Part shown: positions 1-9,372 of the stretch, piece by piece
Layout: the number at the start of each line of letters is the position of its first letter
How positions within the stretch are numbered: position 1 is the stretch's first letter
Source of the DNA: a virus
Lineage: Duplodnaviria; Caudoviricetes
Strand: one strand, 5' to 3'
DNA length: 43,952 nucleotides
IMG/VR virus record: IMGVR_UViG_3300037419_000521
Span: 1-43,952 of that record
Made by a program: the position numbers and the translations under genes
Notes under the pieces: generated by a model
What the model was told of the DNA's origin: nothing
Databases searched by the model: none
The model's input: the letters and a program-made list of their open reading frames with translations, nothing else

Positions 1-285
1 ATGCGGGGGCGCCAGGTATTGCGGCTGCCGCCGACGATTACGCGCCTTGGCTGCCGTACCAGTTGCGGAAGTCGCCGATCTGCAACGAATAGCGCTCCGT
101 GGCCTTCGCCAGGGCGTTCTCGGTGCCGAAGTCGTTGTCCTTCGTGAACTCGAGCTCGCGGCGCTGGAACAGCGTCAGGCCGTCGTCGACGTCGGTGCGG
201 ATGAAGAACGCGTCCGGATCGGTGAAGAAGTGGTTCACCTTGAAGCCTTCCGGGAACGTGCCCATCGCGCGCAGGGCATTGATGG
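1..285. repeat. Terminal direct repeat, left copy (imperfect; circular overlap)
   Basis: Matches 43670-43952. Positions 159-285 are identical to 43826-43952 (127 bp); the earlier part differs by 9 synonymous SNPs and a divergent intergenic stretch. Confidence 0.95.
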
Positions 286-949
286 CGTTGTTCGCGGTGT
301 CGTTCTGGTTGATCGACTTCAGGATGCGAGCCGCCTCGAATTCCAGTTGACGCGGGATGTGCAGCGAGCGCACCTGGAGAGCGATCTTGTTGCCGCGGTC
401 ATCGGTCGCGCCGTTGGCCTGGATGACCAGGTCTTCCAACGAGGCTTCCGAGAGGTCGGCGGCAGTCGCCAGCACGTTGCTCTGGTTGCCGGACGTCGAC
501 GGGTGCGCCGCCGAGAACAGCGGCTTGGCGTCCGGGCCGACCGGGTAGTTCGTGTCGAAGCCGCGGTTGAACCAGTTAGCCACGACGGTGTTCTTCGTCT
601 CGACCATCGCGCGCTTCAGTGCCTTGGCGCGGCCCATCGCGAGCTTCTCGTAGAGGTTGTCTTCGATCGCTTCGCGGGTGACGATGTAGCCCAGGCCGTA
701 CACCACATGGTAGGCCGTGGCGGTGCCGCCTTGGCTCGTGGTGTCGTAGGCGATGGAGCCGCCCTGTTCCTTGATGGCGGCGAGACCGAAGCCGTTGTTC
801 TGGACCATCTCTTCGCGGTGCTTGTCGGAGGTCTGCACCGTGACCAGGTCGCGCCATTCGTCGCGGTTCTGGTACGACATGCCGAACATGCTGAAGACGC
901 CCGGCCAGAGAGCCTTGGGATGGTTGCCGGTGTTGATAATGCCAGCCAT
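38..949 (-). CDS. Major capsid protein (HK97-fold, Mu gpT-like family)
   Basis: 303 aa, downstream of scaffold; motifs TREAIEDNLY, LSEASLE, NHFFTDPDAFF and DFGTEN..KATERY are typical of this capsid family; followed by a terminator. Confidence 0.88.
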   Translation of the reverse strand: MAGIINTGNHPKALWPGVFSMFGMSYQNRDEWRDLVTVQTSDKHREEMVQNNGFGLAAIKEQGGSIAYDTTSQGGTATAYHVVYGLGYIVTREAIEDNLYEKLAMGRAKALKRAMVETKNTVVANWFNRGFDTNYPVGPDAKPLFSAAHPSTSGNQSNVLATAADLSEASLEDLVIQANGATDDRGNKIALQVRSLHIPRQLEFEAARILKSINQNDTANNAINALRAMGTFPEGFKVNHFFTDPDAFFIRTDVDDGLTLFQRRELEFTKDNDFGTENALAKATERYSLQIGDFRNWYGSQGA

Positions 950-952
950 GAT

Positions 953-1531
953 TTATACCCCTGCGATTTGGTTGGAATATTGGTGACGGTTGATCGTCAC
1001 GAGCCATTTGCACGAAGCGCCGATGGCGTTGTCGTCGCGCGCGACCGGGTTCATCAGGTGCAGGTCGAGCGTCGCGGTGGTCGCCTCGGTCGTGTTGTCG
1101 AGCTGCGTGCCCGAGGTGCCGGTGACGGTGTTGCCGGAGGCGACCACGAAGTTGATGTTCAGGCCGATGTCGTTGGCGGTCAGCGGCGTGCCGGTGGCTC
1201 CTTCCTGGATCTCAAAGACCAGGTCGGGGTTGTCGGCCACGTAGACCTCGCGCACGGTGCTCGCGGCGCGGTAGCGCAGGCTGTCCTGCGTGTCGGGCTT
1301 GACGCCGACGACGACGCCGACGATCACGTCGCCGGTAGCAGCGCGCGCGACGTCCTGCAGCACGCGGCCGCCGAGGGTTTGGCCGGTGCCGGCCAGCTTG
1401 ACGAAGTCGCCGACGAACAGCGCCGTCGCGTCGCCCGCGGGCACCGAGTACACTCGGAACGAGCCGTTGTACGGTGCGCCGTTGCGGTGCATGACCGGCG
1501 TGGCGCCGGCCGGGGTATCAGCATTTGCCAT
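953..1531 (-). CDS. Putative capsid decoration/cement protein
   Basis: 192 aa, rich in Gly/Thr/Ala and beta-strand-like segments (ALFVGDFVKL, YVADNPDLVFEIQ), immediately upstream of the capsid gene. Confidence 0.6.
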   Translation of the reverse strand: MANADTPAGATPVMHRNGAPYNGSFRVYSVPAGDATALFVGDFVKLAGTGQTLGGRVLQDVARAATGDVIVGVVVGVKPDTQDSLRYRAASTVREVYVADNPDLVFEIQEGATGTPLTANDIGLNINFVVASGNTVTGTSGTQLDNTTEATTATLDLHLMNPVARDDNAIGASCKWLVTINRHQYSNQIAGV

Positions 1532-1542
1532 TGGGGTACTCC

Positions 1543-1573
1543 AAAAAAGGCAAGGGCCGCTCGATGGCGGCCC
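1543..1573 (-). terminator. Putative intrinsic terminator/attenuator
   Basis: Minus strand reads GGGCCGCC-ATCG-AGCGGCCC followed by TTGCCTTTTTT. Confidence 0.5.
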
Positions 1574-1609
1574 GGGTGATGGGGATTGGCGCGAACGCCG
1601 GGGAAATGG

Positions 1610-2068
1610 TTATCGAGCGCTGGTCTCGATCTGGATGCCACGGCCCTCGTCCGGGACGTAGCTGCCTTCAACTTCTTCCAGTTTGCCCTTGCGAATGCGG
1701 CGGTCGGTTTCTTCGACCTTCGCGATCTTGGCCTTCTGGTCTTCCTTGTAAAACTCTTCCTTGATTTCCATGAGGTACGCGCGCTGGCCAGTGGTCTTGT
1801 CGACCACGCGGGAGACGCGCGCGCCCAGGTCGCGGTTCTCGTTGTCGACGTCCGCATCGCCGATCTGCTTCACGGCGTCACTCTGCACGAATTCGTAGCC
1901 GCCATCCTGGGCGTTCTGCAGTCGGCCGTCATAATCATTGATCCAGCGGCGGACGTAGCCGGGCCGACCTGCGACGGTCAGCTTGGAGCGGGCCACGCCC
2001 AGCGGGACACGGGTATTTCTGCCTGTTTCTTCACGAGTGGTTTCGCGGGGTGCTCGGCTCATGGTCAT
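1610..2068 (-). CDS. Conserved head-module hypothetical protein
   Basis: 152 aa, translationally coupled to the scaffold gene; motif RRWIND..GRL..AQ.GGYEFV. Confidence 0.7.
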   Translation of the reverse strand: MTMSRAPRETTREETGRNTRVPLGVARSKLTVAGRPGYVRRWINDYDGRLQNAQDGGYEFVQSDAVKQIGDADVDNENRDLGARVSRVVDKTTGQRAYLMEIKEEFYKEDQKAKIAKVEETDRRIRKGKLEEVEGSYVPDEGRGIQIETSAR

Positions 2069-2967
2069 GCTTCCTCGAAGTACTGTTTCACGTATTGATC
2101 CCGGAATTTCTTCGCGGCCTCTTCGTTACCTGCAAAGCCGTTCTTCGCCATGCGGTCGCACGCGGCGCGGGCGTCGGCCGGCATGTCGGCGTACGTCTTG
2201 CCGCCGCCACGCCGCGCGGGCGCCGCACCTTCGACGGACTGCGCGCTCTCGCGCCGCGGGTTCGTGAACTTGGCCGGGAACTGCGCCTTCACCTTCGTCG
2301 CGACCAGGTCGAGGAACTCGGCGCCCGTCGCCTTTTCGCCGCCGGCGCGCAGCTTCTGGGCCGCGAACTCGGCGTATTCAGACAGCTCGGCATCCTTCAG
2401 CCAGGGGTTGCGCGATTCCCACTCGGTGTACACCGGATCCGCGCCGCCGTCGTCCTGTTTGGCGGCGTGTTTGGCTGCCTTCGCCGCGGCGTCGCGCTTG
2501 AGCTGGTCGATTTTCTCGTCCACCGCTTCGAAGGCATCGCCGTCGCCAGCCGCCAGCGCTTCCTTGCGCTGCTGCTTCAGGTCCGCGATCGCGCGGTCGT
2601 ATGCGCGCTGCTCCGTTTTACTGAGGTGTTCGGCGAACTCGCGCACCGTCGTGCTCAGCTCGCCGATCTTCGCTTCCAGGCGCTTGTTCTGGGCGCGCAG
2701 CAGCGGCACTTCGCGCTCGCCACGCTCGACAAACTCTTTGGCATCGCGCCACTTCGCCGGATCGCCCTTGAAATCGTCTTTCGGGGTCCAGCCCATGGCG
2801 CGCGCACGCGCTTCGACCTGTTCCTGTACGTCGTCGACGCCGCTGTCGCTGCTGGATGCGGCCGCACCGCCCGGGTTCTGGTCGACCGCGGCTGCCGCGC
2901 CACCAGTTTCAGCGCCTTCGCCATCGGCTGGCGCGCGCAATGCGTAAAACTTCCTGAGAATGAGCAT
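2065..2967 (-). CDS. Capsid scaffolding protein
   Basis: 300 aa with acidic low-complexity N-terminus, ARAMGW.PK motif and long coiled coil; lies between portal and capsid. Confidence 0.75.
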   Translation of the reverse strand: MLILRKFYALRAPADGEGAETGGAAAAVDQNPGGAAASSSDSGVDDVQEQVEARARAMGWTPKDDFKGDPAKWRDAKEFVERGEREVPLLRAQNKRLEAKIGELSTTVREFAEHLSKTEQRAYDRAIADLKQQRKEALAAGDGDAFEAVDEKIDQLKRDAAAKAAKHAAKQDDGGADPVYTEWESRNPWLKDAELSEYAEFAAQKLRAGGEKATGAEFLDLVATKVKAQFPAKFTNPRRESAQSVEGAAPARRGGGKTYADMPADARAACDRMAKNGFAGNEEAAKKFRDQYVKQYFEEA

Positions 2968-2976
2968 GAATCTTCC

Positions 2977-3330
2977 TTATTCGGTGGTGGAGTGGGGCAC
3001 CAGCACCGCGCTGATGTCCTTGTCGTTCGCCAGGCGGTATTCCTGATCGTCGTCGCCCTTGACGACGTAGCCGGCGTACTTGGCGAACCAGACGGTGTCG
3101 CCGAGCTGCGGCACCTGGCCGGACCAGTCCTCGAAGGCGTTGCCGCCGGCGGCGACCAGGCGGCCCTTCACCTGAGCCATCTTCTCGCGCTCGGTGGTCT
3201 TGTCGACCAGGGCGAGGCCTGCAGCCTTGGCGCGGCGCAGGACCTCATCGGTTTCCTCCGCCGCCTCGGGCAGGATGAGGATTTTGTACTCGACGGGCTG
3301 GATGCCGGACGTGTTCACGGCCGCGTTCAT
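2977..3330 (-). CDS. groES: GroES/Cpn10-like co-chaperonin
   Basis: IQPVEYKILI...GRLVAAG...GDTVWFAKYAG...EYRLANDKDISAVL matches the Cpn10 pattern. Confidence 0.85.
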   Translation of the reverse strand: MNAAVNTSGIQPVEYKILILPEAAEETDEVLRRAKAAGLALVDKTTEREKMAQVKGRLVAAGGNAFEDWSGQVPQLGDTVWFAKYAGYVVKGDDDQEYRLANDKDISAVLVPHSTTE

Positions 3331-3515
3331 TGCGCACCGCCTTCTGCGCCGCCGGCATCGGCCTGCTGCTCGGCAGATTTCTTACCGCGCTGCTTCGGCT
3401 GCTCGGCCGCGGGCTGGTCGCACAGCGTGCTGATCTCGCGCAGCGCTGCGTCCATGCGGTCCTTATTCTGGATTGCCAGTGCCTCGTCGGCCAGTTTCTT
3501 GATCTGTTCGTACAT
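3327..3515 (-). CDS. Hypothetical protein
   Basis: 62 aa, coupled to neighbours (TGATG and ATGA overlaps), with RBS GGAAGGGG. Confidence 0.65.
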   Translation of the reverse strand: MYEQIKKLADEALAIQNKDRMDAALREISTLCDQPAAEQPKQRGKKSAEQQADAGGAEGGAQ

Positions 3516-3751
3516 CAGTTTGCCCCTTCCTTCCGATAAAAGTCTGCGATCGAATCGTCTTCCAGCGTGGCGATTTCGTCAGCCATTTGGCAGCGCGCCA
3601 CCGCCATCTGCGATTCCTGGCTGCTCGGGCTCAAGGCCCCCTGCGCCCATTTCTCCATCAGCGCCTTGCGGTAGTCCCGCAGGTACTGGTGGAACTGCTT
3701 CGTCAGCGGGTGGTCCTTCCACTGCTGGTACTCTTCCTTGCTCATTGCCAT
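3515..3751 (-). CDS. Hypothetical protein overlapping the portal 3' end
   Basis: 78 aa (EEYQQWKDHPLTK), RBS AGGGAG; overlaps the portal ORF by 173 nt in another frame. Confidence 0.7.
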   Translation of the reverse strand: MAMSKEEYQQWKDHPLTKQFHQYLRDYRKALMEKWAQGALSPSSQESQMAVARCQMADEIATLEDDSIADFYRKEGAN

Positions 3752-5711
3752 CGATTTCTCCCTGTGGTCGTTGCTGCGGTTGTAAAGCTGCCTTGGTGTG
3801 CTCCAGGTGGGTGTCCAGCATGTGCTGGACCTGCGCCAGAAGGAGCGCGAATTGCTGTTCGCCGCCGACCGCTGCGGCCTGTGCGAGTTTCAACGTGGCC
3901 GATGCCTCCAACTCGGCGTTGCGCGCCTGCAGGTTCTCGATCTCGGCCATCATCTTTTCGGCCTTGGCGTTCACCTCGACTTCCATCGCGGCGAGCTTGC
4001 CCTGGACCTCTATGACCTTCGGATCCTGCGGCGGCGCCGGCGGCTCGGTGACGAGCAGGGCGTCCGGATTCGGGTCTTTCATCGCCTTCAGGAAGCGGCG
4101 GCGCAGCTCGACCTGATTGATGAATGGGTCGCCCCGGAACTGCATCAGCGCGTCGGCGCGCGCCAGTTCCTGGGCGTCAGACACCAGATTCGGATCGCTG
4201 ACGGGCGCCACATCCGTGCTGTCGCCCTGGTAGTCCTCGAGGTAGATCGGCTCCGACTTGTCCTGGAAGAGGTAGTACTCTTCCGGCTGCAAGTACAGGC
4301 GGTTCAGCCGGAACAGCTTCGCGAATTCCTGCTTCAGCGACCGGTGCACGCGTTTGTAAATCGCAGTGAACGCCTTCAGGCCCTGTTCGATCAGGGCGAG
4401 CGTGGTGGTCGCCGTCTGGTTGACCTGCTGCTCACCGGTGAGGATGTCCTTCACCGATGAGATGTCTTTGCCGGCCTCGATCAGCATGCCCAGCAGCTGG
4501 AACAGCACCGGACTCGGCCCCTGGAACTGCATGTGGTAGATGTTGTCCGCGATCTTGCCGTTGCCGGCATCGACCGGCTTGAACTCGCCGGGCGCGAACT
4601 TGGCCGCGCCGCCTTTCATCTTCAGGCCGTTCCCGATGAAGCCGCCGCCCGTGTTGGCCAGCGTGCCAGCGTCCAGCAACTGGTTCAGGACCGTGTTGAT
4701 CGTCTCGTTAATCGGGTTCAGTAACAAGCCCAAGCCGACGTCGTAGGAGCCGCCATCCGGATTCGGCATGAACGGATATTTCGTCCAGTAGCTGACCGGC
4801 TCGATTTTCGACACTTCGCCGCGGCTGTTCAGGTAGATGCCGTCTTCGTCGAAGCGCGCCACGATGCGCGCGACCTCGGACGTTTCCTTCACGACGGTGA
4901 CGACGTACGGTTCCTTGTAGCCGTCGCCGTCCAGGTCGTACCAACAGTGCTGCTCGACGAACTCGAACGGCGCGTCCTCGGGGTTCTCGGCGCCGGTCGG
5001 CATGTTCAGCTTGACGTCGACGAACACGTCGCCGCGCACGCGCTCGATGACGTCGTTCTTGTACAGCGGCAGCCACTGGCTGGTGCGGCGCAGGTCTTTC
5101 CACGGCGTCGCGTGGTCATACACCACGTGCTTGGCCGGCACGAGTTCGCTGCGCGGCCGGCCAAGGGTGACGTCGAAGTACGTCTTGCGGAACGCACAGC
5201 CGACAATGGCCATCTGCAGCAGCAGCTTGTCGGTGTCCTCGTCCCAGTCCTCGATCTGCTCGAGCAGCTGGTACGACATGTGATGGCCGATGCGATCGGC
5301 GCGTTCCTTCTTGCTACCGTCCGGGTCGGGGCCCATGACCATCCCCTTGACGACCTGCTCGCCCTGGATGATGGCCGGATAGGCGCGCGCGCTGAACTGG
5401 ATAGCACCAGTGGTGATCAGCGGGTACTTGACGTTCGCAGCCTTCGGCCACGGCCAGTTCTTTTCCTGCGCCACCTGCATAGCCAGATCCATGGCCTTGT
5501 CGGTCATCTTCTTCCAGTCGGCGCGGCTGGTTTCGTCGGCATCGTAGCCACGTACGACTTCCATACCGATTTTCTTGACGACGTCAGCGTCGAGTAGCGG
5601 CACGATGTTGGCCTGGCCGATGAAGGACTTCAGGCGCGCGGCTGGGTGCTCTTTCGCAGCCTGCTCGCCGCCGTCATGGTCGTCTTCAATTTCGAATTTT
5701 TCGTATGCCAT
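3579..5711 (-). CDS. Portal protein
   Basis: 710 aa directly after terL; WPWP.AANVKYPLIT..AIQF.ARAY motif; C-terminal coiled coil as in P22-like portals. Confidence 0.9.
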   Translation of the reverse strand: MAYEKFEIEDDHDGGEQAAKEHPAARLKSFIGQANIVPLLDADVVKKIGMEVVRGYDADETSRADWKKMTDKAMDLAMQVAQEKNWPWPKAANVKYPLITTGAIQFSARAYPAIIQGEQVVKGMVMGPDPDGSKKERADRIGHHMSYQLLEQIEDWDEDTDKLLLQMAIVGCAFRKTYFDVTLGRPRSELVPAKHVVYDHATPWKDLRRTSQWLPLYKNDVIERVRGDVFVDVKLNMPTGAENPEDAPFEFVEQHCWYDLDGDGYKEPYVVTVVKETSEVARIVARFDEDGIYLNSRGEVSKIEPVSYWTKYPFMPNPDGGSYDVGLGLLLNPINETINTVLNQLLDAGTLANTGGGFIGNGLKMKGGAAKFAPGEFKPVDAGNGKIADNIYHMQFQGPSPVLFQLLGMLIEAGKDISSVKDILTGEQQVNQTATTTLALIEQGLKAFTAIYKRVHRSLKQEFAKLFRLNRLYLQPEEYYLFQDKSEPIYLEDYQGDSTDVAPVSDPNLVSDAQELARADALMQFRGDPFINQVELRRRFLKAMKDPNPDALLVTEPPAPPQDPKVIEVQGKLAAMEVEVNAKAEKMMAEIENLQARNAELEASATLKLAQAAAVGGEQQFALLLAQVQHMLDTHLEHTKAALQPQQRPQGEIDGNEQGRVPAVEGPPADEAVPPVPAGLPQGADGEMGAGGLEPEQPGIADGGGALPNG

Positions 5712-7042
5712 CAGTAGCCGCCAATCGTTGATCTTCCGGTGTAGTCCGGATCCTCTTCTTCGTCATCGCCCCACGCCTGCGGCTCCTCGTAGGCCACGCA
5801 TCCCAAGCCAAACGAGTCGGCGCCGTGGCTAGACCAGTCGTGTTCCGGACCCAGTCCGATGCCGCGCACCTCGTCGCGCTTTTCGTGGTAGAAGCCCAGT
5901 GCTTCGCGGCCGGCCTCGGTCGTCTCGGCGTTGAACCACATGGACGGGAACAGCCGGCGTGCAGCCTCGATACGCGCTTTGGCTGCCCCTTTGCCCTGGT
6001 TGGGTATGACCGTTACGGCGTAGCCGGCCGCCTTCAGCGCGGACTCGTACGACACATCGAAGACCTTGTCCTGTGTCGAGCCGTCGTGAGGCAGCCAGAT
6101 CTGGGCCCGCTTCGGGCTGTATCCGCGCTCGCGCATCCACTCGAGGTGGCTGGCCAGCGGCTGGCCGACGGACTCGTAGTAGTCGAGAACGCGGATTTCC
6201 TTGCCGATGAACTGCTTCGCCCAGATCGTGAAGGCGTCGGCGCGCGCGCCGGTGCCGCCGATGTCACAGAACAGCCGGATCGTCATCAGCGGGTCTGCCG
6301 ATACGCGCCCGATGCGTCCTTGCGCCTTCGCGGCCGTGAGACTCGCGGCGTAGTACGCGCCCTCGATGACCGTGGCGTAGCCGCCTTCCCAGATGTGGTC
6401 GTATTGGTCCGGACGATCGCGCAGATCGCGCTGCCGCTCACGCTCCAGCTTCGCCGGGAACTTCTCGTTGTCGCGCCAGTTCAGCTCGACGACCTTGATG
6501 CGCGGGTCGTCCGACAGGCGGAACCGCTTCTCTACGGCGGCCGCCTTGCGCTTCGGGTTCCACGTGACCCACAGTTCGGCGTTCCAGTCCTCGCCTTCCT
6601 CGCGCAGCGTGGGAATCAGCGTGGTGAATGCCTCGTCCGTGATCGGCTCGGCCTCGTCGACCCAGCAGATCAGGATCCGGCCCTTCGACTTGATGCTGGA
6701 GATGTTGCGATCCAGGCCAGCGAAGGAAAACCAGATGCGGCCGTCACGCGACCGGATGAACTTGTCCCCGATCTCGTAGTACGCGGCGAGGAACGGCTCT
6801 TCCTCGATCGCGCGCTTGCACTCTTCCAGGCTGGAGTCGGCGAGCGAGTTCATGAACTGGCGGGCGCCGAGCAGTTGACCAGTGACACCGGCCATGCCGT
6901 AGATGTAGCCACGAAGGGCTAGCATCTTGGCGAAGGTCCTGGTCTTGCCCGAGCCACGGCCTCCGTATGCGCCGCGCACGTCGGCCTCGCCCTGGAAGAC
7001 TGGAATCAGCTTCTCAGGGATGGCTATCTGCGCGGTCGTCAT
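5711..7042 (-). CDS. terL: Terminase large subunit
   Basis: Walker A GGRGSGKT, Walker B WVDEAE, TWNP motif, nuclease motifs LPHDG and HDWSSHGADSF. Confidence 0.95.
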   Translation of the reverse strand: MTTAQIAIPEKLIPVFQGEADVRGAYGGRGSGKTRTFAKMLALRGYIYGMAGVTGQLLGARQFMNSLADSSLEECKRAIEEEPFLAAYYEIGDKFIRSRDGRIWFSFAGLDRNISSIKSKGRILICWVDEAEPITDEAFTTLIPTLREEGEDWNAELWVTWNPKRKAAAVEKRFRLSDDPRIKVVELNWRDNEKFPAKLERERQRDLRDRPDQYDHIWEGGYATVIEGAYYAASLTAAKAQGRIGRVSADPLMTIRLFCDIGGTGARADAFTIWAKQFIGKEIRVLDYYESVGQPLASHLEWMRERGYSPKRAQIWLPHDGSTQDKVFDVSYESALKAAGYAVTVIPNQGKGAAKARIEAARRLFPSMWFNAETTEAGREALGFYHEKRDEVRGIGLGPEHDWSSHGADSFGLGCVAYEEPQAWGDDEEEDPDYTGRSTIGGY

Positions 7043-7443
7043 TTCGACAGCGGCACCAGCTCGACGCGGGTGACCGTCGCAATCGGATTGTCGCCCTGGC
7101 CGCCGTGGTTGACGTCGACCTTCTCGCCCAGCTCCTTCGGCTTCAAGCGCTGCGCGACCTTCATGCGCGTGTCGATGCGTAGCTTCGCGTGCGCAATCTC
7201 CTCGTGCGTCTTGCCGGCCGTGTCGGCAATTTCAGTGCATTCCTCGATGCCGCCGTAGAGCTGCTCCAGCTTGGCGGCCTCGTACATCTTCGAAAACTCG
7301 GGGATATCCGATTTCCATCGGAACACGGTGGCCTTGCTGGGCATACCCTTGCGCTTGCAGATGGTCGCGATGCTTTTCGTCGTCGACGCCATCGCGGCAC
7401 AGAACTTGGCTCCAAGCTCGGGCGTATAGGTGGTGTCGCTCAT
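7039..7443 (-). CDS. terS: Terminase small subunit (Sf6 gp1-like)
   Basis: HTH (ICKRKGMPSKATVFRW) and AKLRIDTRMKVA..LKPK; immediately upstream of terL. Confidence 0.88.
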   Translation of the reverse strand: MSDTTYTPELGAKFCAAMASTTKSIATICKRKGMPSKATVFRWKSDIPEFSKMYEAAKLEQLYGGIEECTEIADTAGKTHEEIAHAKLRIDTRMKVAQRLKPKELGEKVDVNHGGQGDNPIATVTRVELVPLSK

Positions 7444-7452
7444 GGTGTTTGC

Positions 7453-7635
7453 TCAAAAAATGGGTCGCCTCGCGTCGGCAAGGGCTTCGGCATGCTGCCG
7501 CGCTACAATCGCGCGAATGGTCGTCTGATCGGCCGCGCACTCGCCGTCGATGAGCGCGGCGGCGCGCTGGGCCTCCAATGCATGGATGCGTGCCAGCCGC
7601 GCCGCGGCTTCGTTGACGCAGGCGGTGTCGGTCAT
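7453..7635 (-). CDS. Hypothetical protein
   Basis: 60 aa, RBS GAGGAAG before ATG 7635. Confidence 0.5.
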   Translation of the reverse strand: MTDTACVNEAAARLARIHALEAQRAAALIDGECAADQTTIRAIVARQHAEALADARRPIF

Positions 7636-7706
7636 GGCTTCCTCGTGAATTGGTGCGTTTTTACGTGTGCGCCTCACGCTCGCCGTGCCGTGGCGGGCAG
7701 AGTCTG

Positions 7707-8015
7707 TTACGGGCTGACGCTGAACGACGTCGGGTCGGAAATCAGCCGTTTCGTGGCGTCGTTGTAGGTCAGCCGCGCGGTGTAGTCACCGGACTGGTTC
7801 AGGTCGCCGGCGACGAACGTGTAGCTGCAGTATTTCTTCGCCGGGTATGTGCCGTCGTCGGTCGTGACCAGGTCGACGAGGCCGACTGTGGGAACGCCAG
7901 CGATCGCCGTGCCGTCCGGCCGCGTGATCGCCAGTTGCAGCGACGTCGCGGCCGAGATGTCAAAGTTCACGTTCAGGTTGAAAACGAGGCCATACTCGCC
8001 GACGTTCATGGTCAT
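7707..8015 (-). CDS. Small Ig-like/BppU-N-like virion protein
   Basis: 102 aa (DISAATSLQLAITRPDG...YTFVAGDLNQSGDY); last gene of the fibre-like cluster. Confidence 0.6.
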   Translation of the reverse strand: MTMNVGEYGLVFNLNVNFDISAATSLQLAITRPDGTAIAGVPTVGLVDLVTTDDGTYPAKKYCSYTFVAGDLNQSGDYTARLTYNDATKRLISDPTSFSVSP

Positions 8016-9364
8016 GGAAATCTCACTGTCCGGTTCAAGGTTACGGGGCCGAGATCGGCCGCGCGGTTCACGGGCGCCGCGCTCAAGATCGTTGCGACGT
8101 TCAGCCCGGTCGACCTGATCGGCGCGGCCACGTTCAGCACGGCGCCGAGGTCGGCCCGGCGGTTCGTCGTCGTGATGCGCATGATCGTGGCCGCATACAC
8201 GCGTGGCGCGGGCGACATCGACAGGTTCGCAGCGCTGGCCTGCGCGACTGCAGCGCCGGCGAGGCTGATGCTGGTCGTCAGCGCGGCCGCCGCGCTTGCC
8301 TGCGCTGACGCGGCGCCGGCCATGAGCACGGAGGTCGACAGGGTCGCGCTGCCGCTGGCGGCCGTGATTGCCGAACCAACCAATGAAGCTGCGCCGCCGG
8401 GGATCGTGCCCGAGCCGTTCGCCTGCGCTACTGCGCTGCCCGCCAGCCGAACCGAAGTGGTCAGCGCGCCCGTGCCGCTGGCCTGCGCGTTGGCCGCGCC
8501 CGCGAGCGAGATAGACGTCGACAGCGCGCCAGTAGCGGACGCCGCACCGCTGGCCGCCCCGTCAAGGACAGCGCCCGCTGCGGCGCTGGCGGATGCCCAT
8601 AATCTCCGCTGCGGCGCGCTCCACAACGTCCCCAGCGGGTTCGCGGCGAAGTCCAGCAGCTCGGCGTCGACCGGGTCCGAGTTGAGGATGGACAGGCCAG
8701 CCAACGCGGTGTTGCTGGAAGACTCCCAGTTAGTCGACGCGATGAAGGAGCCGATCTCCATCTTGAACGCTGCCACGTTGGTAGGGGAGCCCGCGACAGT
8801 GTTGACCAGCACGCCGTTGCGCCAAAACTCCAGGCCGGTCGACTTGCGGACCATCATCAGCAGTACCGGCGCTCCGGTCGTGCCCATCGCCAGCGTGTCA
8901 TATGCCGACCAAATGGACGTCCAAGTATTATTGCTACCGCCCCACGTAGTTGCAGCCGCAGGGCCGTTTCCGATAGCCCTGGCACTCCCGACCGAAATAC
9001 AAATTCCCAGCGAATTGTTAGACGAGCCAACAACGAATGCCGGCTCATTCGGACCAAGTACCGCACCGGTGGCGACCGGCCAGCCCAGCCAGAACATGAC
9101 GTAAGGATTTGCACCGACTGCCGGCAGGGTTTCCGTTTCGAGGTAGAAGTTCTTGCGGAAATTGAAGGTTTGTAGCCCACCGAGAGGCGCGACGTTATAC
9201 GCGGATGCCGCGCCGCGCGTGAGCTGCTTACCCGTTGCCCAGTTGACATCAATCGTCGGGGTGACGACGGCCAGGGCGCCCGCGCCGATCCGCGTGCGGC
9301 GGTCGAGCGGGACGAATTGCTGCGGCTGTTGGATGTAGCGCGCGGGCAAGAGCAAGCTCGACAT
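8012..9364 (-). CDS. Putative fibre/adhesin with lectin (LamG-like) domain and Ala/Gly/Ser repeats
   Basis: 450 aa; EFWRNGVLV resembles a LamG strand; about 5.5 copies of a 20-aa repeat GAA.AQAS...L.TS(I/V).LA. Confidence 0.6.
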   Translation of the reverse strand: MSSLLLPARYIQQPQQFVPLDRRTRIGAGALAVVTPTIDVNWATGKQLTRGAASAYNVAPLGGLQTFNFRKNFYLETETLPAVGANPYVMFWLGWPVATGAVLGPNEPAFVVGSSNNSLGICISVGSARAIGNGPAAATTWGGSNNTWTSIWSAYDTLAMGTTGAPVLLMMVRKSTGLEFWRNGVLVNTVAGSPTNVAAFKMEIGSFIASTNWESSSNTALAGLSILNSDPVDAELLDFAANPLGTLWSAPQRRLWASASAAAGAVLDGAASGAASATGALSTSISLAGAANAQASGTGALTTSVRLAGSAVAQANGSGTIPGGAASLVGSAITAASGSATLSTSVLMAGAASAQASAAAALTTSISLAGAAVAQASAANLSMSPAPRVYAATIMRITTTNRRADLGAVLNVAAPIRSTGLNVATILSAAPVNRAADLGPVTLNRTVRFP

Positions 9365-9372
9365 AGTTCAGG

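Noticed and set aside
47-9104. Long plus-strand ORFs (47-1579, 2050-4116, 5825-6922, 7650-9104)
   Set aside because: Antisense shadows of well-supported minus-strand genes, expected in high-GC DNA; no recognisable motifs.
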